Shown here: in pieces, positions 8,978-19,547 of the stretch | Layout of the letters: every line of letters begins with the position of its first letter | Numbering within the stretch: position 1 is the stretch's first letter | Origin: a virus | Lineage: Duplodnaviria; Caudoviricetes | Virus record (IMG/VR): IMGVR_UViG_3300031555_004297 | Strand: one strand, 5' to 3' | DNA: 64,000 bases | Program-made: the position numbers and the translations under genes | Notes under the pieces: model-generated | What the model was told of the DNA's origin: nothing | Seen by the model: the letters and a program-made list of their open reading frames with translations, nothing else | Database searches by the model: none

Positions 8978-11900
8978 TTAGAATCTAATAATATTTGTAG
9001 AATTATTATAAGGATTTCCTCTAAATAATCCTACAGATTCTATTGGGAATCCAGAGACATTGTCTTTAATGATTTCCGAATATTCAATAAACGGAAGAAT
9101 CCATCCAGGCAGTGGCTCATTTAAAGGAATTGCAATAGAGTTGATTCCTGTAGAGTATTCTCTAGTCTTCATCAGTTCAATTGCTCTTTCATAAACTCCT
9201 GGGAATGTTTCTCTTATTCTATCTATATTTTTCATATTCATATCAACCTTTACGACGTCAACAGAATTTCTTATAGACAGATCAAGGGCTTCGGTTCCAG
9301 GCTCATGAAGAGCATTATAAGCATGAGAAGCTGTAATACCTTGAATCCTCATAGGATTCTCATAAGATGAAAGAGATTTGACCTTAACAGGCTTGAAAAA
9401 TTCTTTCTTACCAGCATTAATAGAGTCAAAGATCTCCTTCTCAACTTTTGCAATATCTCTCAATATCTGAATTTGATCTATAGTTTCAGTATTAAGAATA
9501 TCATCGTACAGAATAGTTTTAAGACGTTTCTGCACAGCCACGTTAGTACTTGATTTTACAAATGCATCCATACCCTTAATATCAAGAGACTTCTCTTCAG
9601 GAACTCTATTTCCCTCCTGAAGTTCCATCTTAGATGCATAGTGTTTCTTTGCATCTGTAATCAATACACGGCGAAATAGGAATTCATTCTTGAGTGAAAT
9701 TAGACATGCTCTTTCATTTGTAGAATGAGCATTATCACAATACCTCTCCATATAATCATTCACAAGAATTCCTATACAATAAGCTAAGATATTTATAATA
9801 GAATATCTTAATCCATCTTGAGGAATAATGACCATTGGATCTATAAGACGATCTACTTCAATGATATCATCATTAACAAAACTATATTCATCAACTTTCT
9901 GAATGGGTTCAGAAATTTCCATATTGCCATCAGCAAATTCAGCAGCATTTACTACTTCATTCTTAATAGCCATGGGAATACCTACGCACATTTCTCTTAC
10001 ATAGCGATACCATCCATCAAAAGATACAATGGCACTATCCGTGTCTTGTATAATACTTACAGATCTGATCATAGATGTCATCTTTTCAATTTTGTCAATG
10101 ATTTGGAATCCATAATATACATATTCTTTCAAGACATCGCAGAATTCCTTAAGAGCCTCAAGAATTTCTTCCGGAGGTTCATTAGGATCAAGGAAAGGTG
10201 CTTTAAGAGTTTGAAGAAGATAAAGTATTGCTTGCTTAATAGGAGCATTATCAATAAAATGGAACAAGTTATTCTTATAGAAGAGTCTATCAAGATTATC
10301 TTGATCCAGCTTACAAAGAACTTCCCACACAATATGCATTTCATCTTCTGAAGGAGTCCATCCGAATCCTGTTGAGCTCATAAGTTTAAAGAAGCATTCT
10401 TCAATAGAAGCATGGTTAGTTATAATATTATAGCTATTATAATGACGCTTCTCAAGATGAATTACATTATGAATAAACTCCATAAGCTCATTAAGGGATC
10501 CAAATGGAACATTGTTGTTTAAGAAACTTTCAAAGAATAATGCTGCTGTACTATTACAAGATTTGCCTTGTCGAGTAACACTCGATGCTGTATAAAGATT
10601 GTAATATATGCAAGAGTGCTGTCCCGTCGCACCATAGTCGATGTGTTCATATGGGTCGCTAATCCATACAGTTCTTTTATGAACTTCTCTATATCTCTAT
10701 AGAGTCCAGACTATATCTTCACCAGTTAAGGTGTCCAGTACAGGATCTCGCGGTTTTGAGACCTCTTAGTCGTTGAACCAATTTTAATTAGATATTAGAA
10801 TTTGTATTTACAAGAGATATCAATAAAACTTTTTCTATTACGGATTAATCTAATTAATTCGTAATTTTGTTTGTCATCTCTTGCTGATTTAAGAGTTTTA
10901 CCAAAGACTTTTTCATATACAGCTTTATTATCTAATCCTAATTCTATATATTTGCAAATATCTTCGATAACTTCCTTTGAGTTTGACCTAAATCTTTGAT
11001 CATATTCTGGAAAGGTATAATCTTTCGATATATGCCCCCATGCAATACCTCTATAAATATTACCAATCATGTCCATATTATTGTCTGTAATCGGGATATT
11101 CATTGTAGATAGTATCTCTTTGTATCTCATTCCTTTTGAAAGCATTTCGCATATTTGACGAACTTCGTCATTTGTAAACTTTGCTAAATGACTATTTTCT
11201 CCAATATGATTTAATGCTAATCCGGTTTGAAAAGCGTGTTGAGAGTTCTCTTTTGGGGTACTCCACTCAAGATTAATATCATGATTATATTTCTTATTTC
11301 CATTTTTATGATTAACCTGAATTTGATCGTTTTCTTTTTCAGCAACAAAATTTTCAGCTACAAGCCTATGAACTAAAAGAGATCCACTTTTAATTGAATC
11401 ATTGTGTCTTAAAGTTACAGACTCATATCCTGCTGACTGATTACTATGTCTGACATATTTATTCATTTTCAGATCATAGATATTTCCAAAATTGCTTATA
11501 AGATATTCACCAGGATTGATTCCATGATAAATCAAAGGTTTCCATACTTCATTATCGTCTTTATTATAATAAATTAACGGGTCATGTAGAATCATATTTT
11601 ATATGCCTCCTTTCTATTATTATAATATCTAATTAAAATTTCGGCTGCTGATTGCCCATTGCATATTAATCCTTAGAGTTTCCTCATAGATCATCTCATA
11701 ACTTGTTTCTGACTTTCGTCTCCATATAGGCTTATGAGCTTTAGGGTGTCCCAGCAATTCTCTGGATATTTGTCTTCCACCTTTTCAGATAGAATGGGCA
11801 ATCATATTTACCCATTGGCATCGATTTTCAACAGAAGTTGCAAAAGATTATACTTCTCAAAATCTTCAGACCCTTTCGGATACTTAAACATTTCTTTTTT

Positions 11901-12269
11901 CATCTGCTTACGAGCAGTAATAAATCCATCTATCAAGTGATAGACCGGATTTGGCATTGTTCCATGGCGATTAAATAATACACCATAGGACGTTATGATT
12001 GGTTCTTTAGATATGATATAATCTGCCAAAGATCTTACTGTCATATCTACTTTCTTTTTCTTATAATTATTATCGATTACTACATCTGCATCTTGAAAAT
12101 GCCTAGATATAGAATCGTCAATAGCCGCTGCCAGTTCACCATCCGATAAAAGAGGGAAATTCATCTTCATCATAGGGAGCATGATTTCCTTATACTTTGT
12201 TATAGTAGGACTGACTGGATAATTGGCTAAAGGTGTTCGTAAATTGTCATAGTTCAAAATTGCTTTCAT
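8978..12269 (-). CDS. polB: Family B DNA polymerase, fingers/palm/thumb subunit; spliced join(12269..11810,10638..8978), about 706 aa
   Basis: Splicing restores motif B KIDANGYYG; motif C QDTDS, KKHY and IKGMD motifs lie in exon 2; exon 2 is open from 10638. Confidence 0.88.
10639..11809 (-). mobile_element. Group I intron in DNA polymerase motif B
   Basis: Exon ends in U (AATGGGT) and pairs with IGS GCCCATT; P AATTGCTGGGA, Q AATCAGCAG, R GTTCAACGACTA, S AAGATATAGTC; terminal G at 10639; removal restores the frame. Confidence 0.92.
10795..11595 (-). CDS. Intron-encoded NUMOD4/HNH homing endonuclease
   Basis: EVWKP..YLISNFGNI N-terminus; VHRLVA...VNHKNGNKKYNHDINLEW HNH motif; two C-terminal HTH-like repeats. 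Confidence 0.9.
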   Translation of the reverse strand: MILHDPLIYYNKDDNEVWKPLIYHGINPGEYLISNFGNIYDLKMNKYVRHSNQSAGYESVTLRHNDSIKSGSLLVHRLVAENFVAEKENDQIQVNHKNGNKKYNHDINLEWSTPKENSQHAFQTGLALNHIGENSHLAKFTNDEVRQICEMLSKGMRYKEILSTMNIPITDNNMDMIGNIYRGIAWGHISKDYTFPEYDQRFRSNSKEVIEDICKYIELGLDNKAVYEKVFGKTLKSARDDKQNYELIRLIRNRKSFIDISCKYKF

Positions 12270-12550
12270 TTACGCTTCTCCTTTTTGATATTAATTACGT
12301 GTCCGAATATTCTTATTTCTTTACCACCATCTCTATTAAATACATAAGCGGCTCGTTCTTTACGATATTTCTTACTATATTTGCAGAGAATTTCATCTAC
12401 AATAATAGCATTTGCTTGAGTGCCATGTACTGGGTCGACAATATAATAGTCTTCTCCTAAGAGGTAATCACATAACCCGTTGATAGCTTCTTGCGAAGAT
12501 ATTTCCTTATCTTCAAAAAGCTGCTGTATTAAGGGTCTTGCTGTTTTCAC
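12266..12550 (-). CDS. Hypothetical protein (about 94 aa)
   Basis: GTG at 12550 with AAGGAGG RBS just after the upstream stop; stop overlaps the polB start. Confidence 0.65.
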   Translation of the reverse strand: MKTARPLIQQLFEDKEISSQEAINGLCDYLLGEDYYIVDPVHGTQANAIIVDEILCKYSKKYRKERAAYVFNRDGGKEIRIFGHVINIKKEKRK

Positions 12551-12551
12551 A

Positions 12552-13178
12552 TTAATCGTCCTCCTTAAGGTTAATAATGATAATAATCGCATTTCTACCT
12601 TCTGGATGAGCTTTCTCATCCAATGTAAAGATAGTAATACTGCGATCAAAATTTTCATATTCGAATACGGACTCTACCGTCTCGGTATCATAGCCTAATT
12701 GCATAATTGAAGTATCACTTCTGAGATACAAACGATTATGCTCTGAATAATCTATTATACCAGCATCTGAATTGATAATAAAGGCATTATGATGCTGCGC
12801 TAAGAAACTAGTTCTATGTGCAATATCAATAACCATTGCGAAGAATGCCCGTTTAAAATCCCCATCAGATGGATTATTCATATCCTGAATATTTGCCATT
12901 ATCTCTTTAATTAGCATCTCCATTGCTACCATCTTAAATGGAGCTCTAGGCAGATTAAGAATCTCCATGTCTGGATTCAAGGACATGGAGGATAAAGCTG
13001 TAGTTGTTTCTTCATCGTACATTCTCGTTAATACCGTACAATATTGATTTGGTTTGTACTTTTTAGAAAAATCATCATTTAATGCCATATATGGATTTCC
13101 TTTATACCATATAGCATTTAAACGATTAGGAGTTTTTGCTGTCTCCGATATTTTGTGTGCTTGATATTCAGTGTTCAT
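12552..13178 (-). CDS. Hypothetical protein
   Basis: ATG at 13178 after GGAGGT RBS; late-type promoter 13195-13206. Confidence 0.75.
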   Translation of the reverse strand: MNTEYQAHKISETAKTPNRLNAIWYKGNPYMALNDDFSKKYKPNQYCTVLTRMYDEETTTALSSMSLNPDMEILNLPRAPFKMVAMEMLIKEIMANIQDMNNPSDGDFKRAFFAMVIDIAHRTSFLAQHHNAFIINSDAGIIDYSEHNRLYLRSDTSIMQLGYDTETVESVFEYENFDRSITIFTLDEKAHPEGRNAIIIIINLKEDD

Positions 13179-13299
13179 AAACCACACCTCCATTTATATT
13201 ACTGTTTTCAAGCCGATCAAAGTTCATATTATGATCATATTTATATTATCTAACCGAGCAACATTTATGTAATCTAAATTTTTAAGGAGGCTGTTACAA

Positions 13300-13731
13300 A
13301 TGTTTTATGGCAATGTTTCCAGCGGCGTATTTGGTGGGGCAGATGTTAAGCTCGAGAGTGTGCTCAAGAACCCCAACCAATTCCGTGAAGCTGTAATTTG
13401 TGAAACCATTAGATCCCTTCCCTCTGAGAAGATCAAAGAGTTCTGCACTTCTGAAGAGGCAAAGGCAATGATTAATGAAGGATATATTACTCAGGATACT
13501 ATCGAAAGACTTGCTGATAGCTGCGATACAAGCATCTTCAAGACTACTGTTTGTCACATGGCAAAAGAGGCAGATGATCCCGACTGGGATGCATTCGTAA
13601 TGCATCAGATTGAGTCTCGTAGACTTATGAATGATATGATTGCGAAGTATGGCGATAAGGCTAAAGATATCGCCGATAATGCTCAGACCGACTTTGTTGA
13701 GCATTGTGTTCCCGAATACTTCCGCAAGTAA
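13300..13731 (+). CDS. Hypothetical protein (late promoter; possibly virion)
   Basis: 143 aa, AAGGAGG RBS, AACA-TTTATG-TA at 13260-13271. Confidence 0.8.
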   Translation: MFYGNVSSGVFGGADVKLESVLKNPNQFREAVICETIRSLPSEKIKEFCTSEEAKAMINEGYITQDTIERLADSCDTSIFKTTVCHMAKEADDPDWDAFVMHQIESRRLMNDMIAKYGDKAKDIADNAQTDFVEHCVPEYFRK

Positions 13732-13750
13732 TATTAACTAACTATATTGT

Positions 13751-13845
13751 AATCGGTGAATGGGTCGTGCAAGATTCTTTTCATGGATATTCCTTTCTTA
13801 AAAATATAGCAAGAGGGCAATAGTCCTCTTGCTCTATTTTTTATT
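13751..13845 (+). ncRNA. Candidate small RNA with anti-AUG/anti-SD segment
   Basis: AACT-ATATTG-TA promoter 13740-13751, CATGGATATTCCTTTCT at 13782-13798, terminator 13806-13845. Confidence 0.45.
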
Positions 13846-13851
13846 TTAGGC

Positions 13852-13868
13852 ATATATTATAATTGTGA
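13852..13868 (+). promoter_or_regulatory. Early-type promoter upstream of RNAP beta-prime C gene
   Basis: ATATATTATAATTGTGA. Confidence 0.65.
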
Positions 13869-13952
13869 TTAGATGAAGAAATTTAGATAATTACCTTATC
13901 TAAAACACTTCATTAATAAAGGAAAAACTTTTATCAAATCACAAAAAGGAGA

Positions 13953-16199
13953 ATGAAAATGGAAGGTTACTATAATGCTTTGTGTCGACTTAATACAGAC
14001 GAGTATGCGGTCGATGCTCTTAATCATCCAGAGAATTATGGTGTATATGCGGCAGTAATATCTGGTACACCGATTCGTATTAACACAAAAGATATTACGG
14101 TAGAAACTTGGCAGAGTCATTATGATTCTGTCCTTAATCTTCTGAAAGATGGTATTGAAACAGAGACTGTGCAAAAATGTTTCATTACTATTACATTTGC
14201 AGATGGTATTGTTGTAGAACTCGCTATCACTGACTATCTCATCAATTTGATGATGTGGAATATGCTGATTCGTACAAATCATCAAATCGAATCGAAGCAT
14301 ATCTTTTTCGACACCGAGATTAAGAAAGATACGATTAAAGATTATATTGATATATTCCTTATCGATGTAAGTCGTAAACAGTTCACAAATAAAGAGCTTA
14401 ATAATATTATTGATGATACATTGTATAGAATTCATGATATTGATGGGTTTGCAATGTATTTGTCAAATACAGTTAATCTCGAAGACAATGTATTTCTTAT
14501 GCAGAAATGTCCCGAGTTTAATGAGTGCATGCATGCAGATTTATCAAGTGTACCGATTGAAGATGTAAAATCCGTCGGTATGAATTATGCAAATCGTGCT
14601 ATTGATATTATGAAAGATGCTAAAAAGTATCTCGGATATGATCACTGTCTTGCAGATGCCTGTAGAGCTTCTGAAGGTATCAATCCTAAGCAGTTTAAAG
14701 AGTTTACAATCAATATTGGAACCAAACCAGATGGCCATGGCGGAATCTTCCCCATTCCGATTCTAAACTCTTTCATCAATGGTGGTGTAGCAGATCCGCA
14801 GGATTATTTTATCGAATCTTCTACGGGTCGTACAGCACAGATTATCAAATATAATAACGTAGGCTCTTCTGGACATTTTGCGCGTCTTCTCGGATTGAAT
14901 AATATGGACTCATTCCTGCATCCTGATCCGAATTATGATTGCTGTACACCAAATTATGTTCAAGTTGTAATCAAAGATAAGAATCATCTTAAGATGCTTC
15001 GTAATAGATATTATCGTTTGCATCCAAGAGGGGTTGAAAAGATTATTGGTCCTAAAGATAGTGATCTTATTGGGCAGCTTATCTATCTCAGATCTCCTAT
15101 CACTTGTGCTTCTGCTGCAAGAGGACAGGGTATCTGTTATAAGTGCTATGGAGATCTTGCGTATACCGTATACGATGCTGGTATCCATTTCGGTGTAAAT
15201 ATCGGACGTATCGCATCAGAAACTTTGTCGTCCAGCTTAACTCAGAAACTTCTTTCTGCAAAGCATCTTCTTGAAGCATTTGTAGAAAAAATTGTATGGG
15301 TTAAAGAATTTAATGAACTCTTTGAGATTGAAGGCAATATCATCAAGCTTAATAGTGAGGTAAGAGTTAATGACTATAAGTTTATTATCGATCCAGAAGC
15401 TATCGAGCTTGAAAATGAAGAAGATGATGACCTTGGTAACTTCGATGATGAAGAAGGTGGAGGAGGATTTGCAATTTATAATGAGTATGTCACCGAATTT
15501 GATGTACTTTGCAATGGAGAGCTGATCCATATCTCCAATGATAAGAACGCCAAGCTCTATATCTCTACTGAGTTTAATACTATTATTCGTAAGAAAGGAG
15601 AACCGATCGATGATAAGATCTCTATCGATTTTAGTGAATTGACTGAGATTCCATTGTTTATCGTTCCTATCGAGAATAATGAGCTTTCTAAAACACTTAA
15701 TCACCTTGAACACTTGTTGAATAAGAATAGTACCATTAAGGGTATGGATATTCATCAGCTGCTTCAAGCTTTGTTAGCTACGGCTATTGAAGGTGGATTG
15801 AAGCTCGCTTCTACACACCTTGAAGTAATCGTATCTAATCAGATTAGAGATGCTGAAGATATTCTGAAGAAACCGAAATGGTTCCAACTTAATCCTGATT
15901 ATGAGATCCTGTCTCTTAATAGAGCTCTAACTTGTAATCCTAGCGTTACCATTTCGATGAGTTACCAGAAAGTAAGTAAGCTTCTTTATAATCCGCTTAC
16001 TTTCAAGAAGAATGGAACTTCGTTTATGGATCTATTCTTTATGGAAAGACCGCAGTATGCTATTAATGGAATCGATCTCGATCATGAGGAAGAGTTTGTT
16101 CCTAAGCCCGGAGAACTCTTTGAACCTATTGTTTATTTCGAAGATCCCAATAAAGTTACTGCAGCTGTATCTGCAGATGATATGGATACAGATGAATAA
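13953..16199 (+). CDS. Phage RNA polymerase beta-prime subunit, C-terminal half (probably non-virion RNAP)
   Basis: Bridge-helix-like GRTAQIIKYNNVGSSGHFARLL; RSPITC...ICYKCYG Zn site; trigger-loop-like NIGRIASETLSSSLTQKLLSAKH; HLEVIVSNQ. Confidence 0.88.
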   Translation: MKMEGYYNALCRLNTDEYAVDALNHPENYGVYAAVISGTPIRINTKDITVETWQSHYDSVLNLLKDGIETETVQKCFITITFADGIVVELAITDYLINLMMWNMLIRTNHQIESKHIFFDTEIKKDTIKDYIDIFLIDVSRKQFTNKELNNIIDDTLYRIHDIDGFAMYLSNTVNLEDNVFLMQKCPEFNECMHADLSSVPIEDVKSVGMNYANRAIDIMKDAKKYLGYDHCLADACRASEGINPKQFKEFTINIGTKPDGHGGIFPIPILNSFINGGVADPQDYFIESSTGRTAQIIKYNNVGSSGHFARLLGLNNMDSFLHPDPNYDCCTPNYVQVVIKDKNHLKMLRNRYYRLHPRGVEKIIGPKDSDLIGQLIYLRSPITCASAARGQGICYKCYGDLAYTVYDAGIHFGVNIGRIASETLSSSLTQKLLSAKHLLEAFVEKIVWVKEFNELFEIEGNIIKLNSEVRVNDYKFIIDPEAIELENEEDDDLGNFDDEEGGGGFAIYNEYVTEFDVLCNGELIHISNDKNAKLYISTEFNTIIRKKGEPIDDKISIDFSELTEIPLFIVPIENNELSKTLNHLEHLLNKNSTIKGMDIHQLLQALLATAIEGGLKLASTHLEVIVSNQIRDAEDILKKPKWFQLNPDYEILSLNRALTCNPSVTISMSYQKVSKLLYNPLTFKKNGTSFMDLFFMERPQYAINGIDLDHEEEFVPKPGELFEPIVYFEDPNKVTAAVSADDMDTDE

Positions 16200-16292
16200 T
16201 TATATGGAGAGTGGTAATCAAATACCACTCTCCTTCGAATATTTTCCATATTTATTTTTTATGTAACTTTAACGTAATTATAGAAAAGGAGA

Positions 16293-17129
16293 GTGATTTA
16301 TCTTATGAGTAGTTTTAATGCAAACTCTCAAGCTTATAATATCGCTACCGAGAATGAGCTTGCAGAGGTTTTGTCTCACTACAGTTCTGAATTTGTATTC
16401 AGTATTATTGACAAATCTATGAGCAATCGTTTTTTGACAGTTCCCTCCGTTGCAATCCCGAACGTTGTAGGAGCATGGGAGCAGAACTTTAAAGCAATTA
16501 TTGCTCAATATGGATCTGATAGTACTATGGAGGTTGCTAGAGTAAGATCCGAAACATACCGTGAAATTATCGATGCTATTTGTAAAGAATTCAATCTGAA
16601 TTTTACAATTGATGATAGCGTCGATCTTTATTCTGCTGCATACCAGCTTTATGATTTGTTTGTATGTAATTTTGCAGAGAGTCTTACTACATTCTTTGCT
16701 AATTTCATCTATCGTGAAAGATCTAGCTTGTACGATTCGCTTGGTCTTGCCGATATGAAGAAAAATAAAGATAGCAGTACAATCTATGGCAAGAAGATCT
16801 ATAAAGATATTAAACTTGCGATTATCAATGCAAATATTGATATGGTGATTAGAGAAGTTTGTGCAATGGAGTTCCCCTTCCATGCAATTATTTCTTTGAT
16901 TTGTGGAAATACTTCTGAGCTTAAGAAGTATATTCTTACCATTGTAAGTGCAGACAATACATTCTTCCAGAATGCTTATGTAACCGCACTTAATTCTGAT
17001 ATCAGAGCAGAGCTTATTACAGCTATTAGAATTAAACTTCAGAAGCTTGCACTTTCTCATGAGCAGATTGTCGATGCTTCTGAGCTTAATGTTGTAGCTC
17101 AGCCTGCTGCCGAAGACCCCGCTGAATAA
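16293..17129 (+). CDS. Hypothetical protein
   Basis: 278 aa; late-type promoter 16265-16276. Confidence 0.8.
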   Translation: MIYLMSSFNANSQAYNIATENELAEVLSHYSSEFVFSIIDKSMSNRFLTVPSVAIPNVVGAWEQNFKAIIAQYGSDSTMEVARVRSETYREIIDAICKEFNLNFTIDDSVDLYSAAYQLYDLFVCNFAESLTTFFANFIYRERSSLYDSLGLADMKKNKDSSTIYGKKIYKDIKLAIINANIDMVIREVCAMEFPFHAIISLICGNTSELKKYILTIVSADNTFFQNAYVTALNSDIRAELITAIRIKLQKLALSHEQIVDASELNVVAQPAAEDPAE

Positions 17130-17149
17130 TTTTAAGGAGAAATAAAACA

Positions 17150-18421
17150 ATGCCTGAAAATAAGAATAATGAAGTAGTTCATGAGGCCACAAATGCTATG
17201 CTAGATAAGGATACAGAGATTCTCTCTGATATTATCGAAGTAGCAAAAGCTGAAAGAGAAGCTAATCCAGATGCTGACATGGAAAAAATTGCCGCATCTG
17301 TTGAAGTTAATCCAGAGGCTGAGCTTGAATCAAGACGTATAACTGTACCTACTGGTGCAGATGAAAATGCCATCGATCTTATTGCTAAAGAAGTTGAAGA
17401 TATGCCTTCTGTAGATATTGATATATTTGATGCAGCGGATCCTGAAAAAGTAGATGCAGCAATTGAGAATCTTACTACAGAAAATGCTAAGGAAAACTTC
17501 AATCTTAGTGATGAAGAGACAATGGTATTTATGGATATCATCCATAATTTTAATAAGCCTGGCTATAGAGTTTATAATAATCTTCCCGATTCTGTAAAGG
17601 TTATTGTAGATACTCTTATGAGACAGAATGGTATTGCTCTTAAGCACAGAGAGGAAGTAGCACGTACTATTCTTAAAGAAATGATTAGCGATGCTGGTGT
17701 TGAGCAGGCCTTCGTTGATTTCGAGAAATCTCTTAATGAAGCTCTGAATATGCCTAGTATCGTTGATATGTATACGGAGCATACGAGAGAAACTATGGAA
17801 GTCCGTATTCCCGAAATGATTGAAAAAATTAAGGATATTGCTCCCGAAAAGGCAGAAACTCTTCAGGCCGTTAAGGATCAGTTTACTAAAGCTTATACTT
17901 TGTCCGAGACTTATAAAATTTATGAGGCTAATAATCAGGTTCGTAAGGCTGTTCGTCGCTATGAGAATGAATATAAGAAGTCTCTTTATAGGCTTAATTA
18001 TATCAATCAGGATAGTACGTTCAAGTTTAACGACGCGATGGAGATGCCTGTAGCTCTTACTAAGGTTCTTATTACGGATCCTTCTCTACCTGCCATTGAG
18101 GAGACTGCTTTAAGAACTAGATTGAGAGAAATGAAGATCAATGATGTAGATATCAAGAAGTTCTGTATTCTCATTGCACTTACTTGTGCTAGTGATTCTA
18201 AGGAACTTCTTAATGCTGCATATACATATTACCTGATCCGTAATATTATTACACTCAAGCATACCCAGGAGGCCAAAACAGATTTCGCTGTCGAACTTAT
18301 TAATAATATTTGTGATGTAATCGCTTTTATTCGTGATAAGGAGGCCTACTTACATGCAACAAATCTGGACAAATCCGAGCCTGCAAAGAAGCTTCACGGC
18401 AACAGGCCTACAAAGAAGTGA
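17150..18421 (+). CDS. Hypothetical protein with acidic N-terminus
   Basis: 423 aa, AAGGAG RBS. Confidence 0.8.
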   Translation: MPENKNNEVVHEATNAMLDKDTEILSDIIEVAKAEREANPDADMEKIAASVEVNPEAELESRRITVPTGADENAIDLIAKEVEDMPSVDIDIFDAADPEKVDAAIENLTTENAKENFNLSDEETMVFMDIIHNFNKPGYRVYNNLPDSVKVIVDTLMRQNGIALKHREEVARTILKEMISDAGVEQAFVDFEKSLNEALNMPSIVDMYTEHTRETMEVRIPEMIEKIKDIAPEKAETLQAVKDQFTKAYTLSETYKIYEANNQVRKAVRRYENEYKKSLYRLNYINQDSTFKFNDAMEMPVALTKVLITDPSLPAIEETALRTRLREMKINDVDIKKFCILIALTCASDSKELLNAAYTYYLIRNIITLKHTQEAKTDFAVELINNICDVIAFIRDKEAYLHATNLDKSEPAKKLHGNRPTKK

Positions 18422-19451
18422 GTTTGAGCAATATCTAAAGCTCGCTCTCAATAATAAAGAGATTCTGGTATTTCCTAATATGGAGTATCAGTTTGTCTTT
18501 TATGATGCAAATTATGGAACTCGTCGAACCGTAACTGGCCTAGTTACGAAGGTTTACGAAGACCAAATCAAAATCAAAGTACTTGATATTAAGAAAGATG
18601 CAGTAGACTGTTCTGGATGTAAGAACAGAAACAATTGCTCTAAGTATCAAGAAAATCAAAATATTAAGCAGAATACAGCTCCAATGCCGACATGTAACTG
18701 TATTCTAAATCCTCCGGATACTAGTAAGTATGATGGACCTACTACATATTTTATTCCGGTGGCAAACATCATGTCAATAAATTATGTAAAATTCAATCCA
18801 GAAATACCTAAGCCGAAGGGAGGAACAAAAGTTATGCTGCTCGGCATTTCAGCAACGATGGTTAAGGCTATCATTATCCATCTAGAATTCTTTGATGATA
18901 GTACTGATAATGCTGTAAAGTATGTAGACATCCAGAAAGATGGAATTTACAATATAGCATATGAAGCAAAGAACGGAACCATTTTTGAAGTATATGGTAA
19001 AGTTCATGCTATTAATGAAGTCGGAGGGCCTCCTCCTAGACCTCATGGTCCTGTCCGTGAAAATGTAGGATTTAATAATTCTGTATTTATTGACGAATGC
19101 GGCTGTAATGAGCATACTAAAGATGACTTCATGAAAGAACCTCCTGTAAAGAGAGTTGAGATTATTATTGATGCCTCTGATGATTTCTCTGGAAGCTATG
19201 AAAGAATCATGCTCGACTCTATCAGAGATTGTACATTAATTCAAGCTCCAGAAGGAGCAGGCGATTCTGCAGGAACTGTTAATCCTGATGAAGGATGCTG
19301 CGATTGCTGTGATAAAAATAAGCCTATGGAATATAGTTACAACAATGATACGAAGGTTATTGTTAAAGGAGATAAGGTAGATATTTTTATTAAGGGTCAG
19401 AAATCTGAAACAGATCTCGATGCTCTTATCAAGTATTATCTTGCTCTATAA
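18354..19451 (+). CDS. Hypothetical Cys-rich protein with two copies of a small beta-rich domain
   Basis: ATG 18354 after AAGGAGG; CSGC..C..CNC, CGC and CCDCC clusters. Confidence 0.75.
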   Translation: MQQIWTNPSLQRSFTATGLQRSEFEQYLKLALNNKEILVFPNMEYQFVFYDANYGTRRTVTGLVTKVYEDQIKIKVLDIKKDAVDCSGCKNRNNCSKYQENQNIKQNTAPMPTCNCILNPPDTSKYDGPTTYFIPVANIMSINYVKFNPEIPKPKGGTKVMLLGISATMVKAIIIHLEFFDDSTDNAVKYVDIQKDGIYNIAYEAKNGTIFEVYGKVHAINEVGGPPPRPHGPVRENVGFNNSVFIDECGCNEHTKDDFMKEPPVKRVEIIIDASDDFSGSYERIMLDSIRDCTLIQAPEGAGDSAGTVNPDEGCCDCCDKNKPMEYSYNNDTKVIVKGDKVDIFIKGQKSETDLDALIKYYLAL

Positions 19452-19547
19452 TTAATTGAGTCCCTTCCCCAACAATGGGAAGGGACTCAATATTTTTCCT
19501 TTTGTAACAATTAATTAAAGAAATTAGAAGGAGGACTAATTGCAGTT

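Noticed and set aside
11808-12269. Truncated or pseudogenised polymerase fragment
   Set aside because: The TAA spans the 5' splice site of a group I intron; splicing restores the frame
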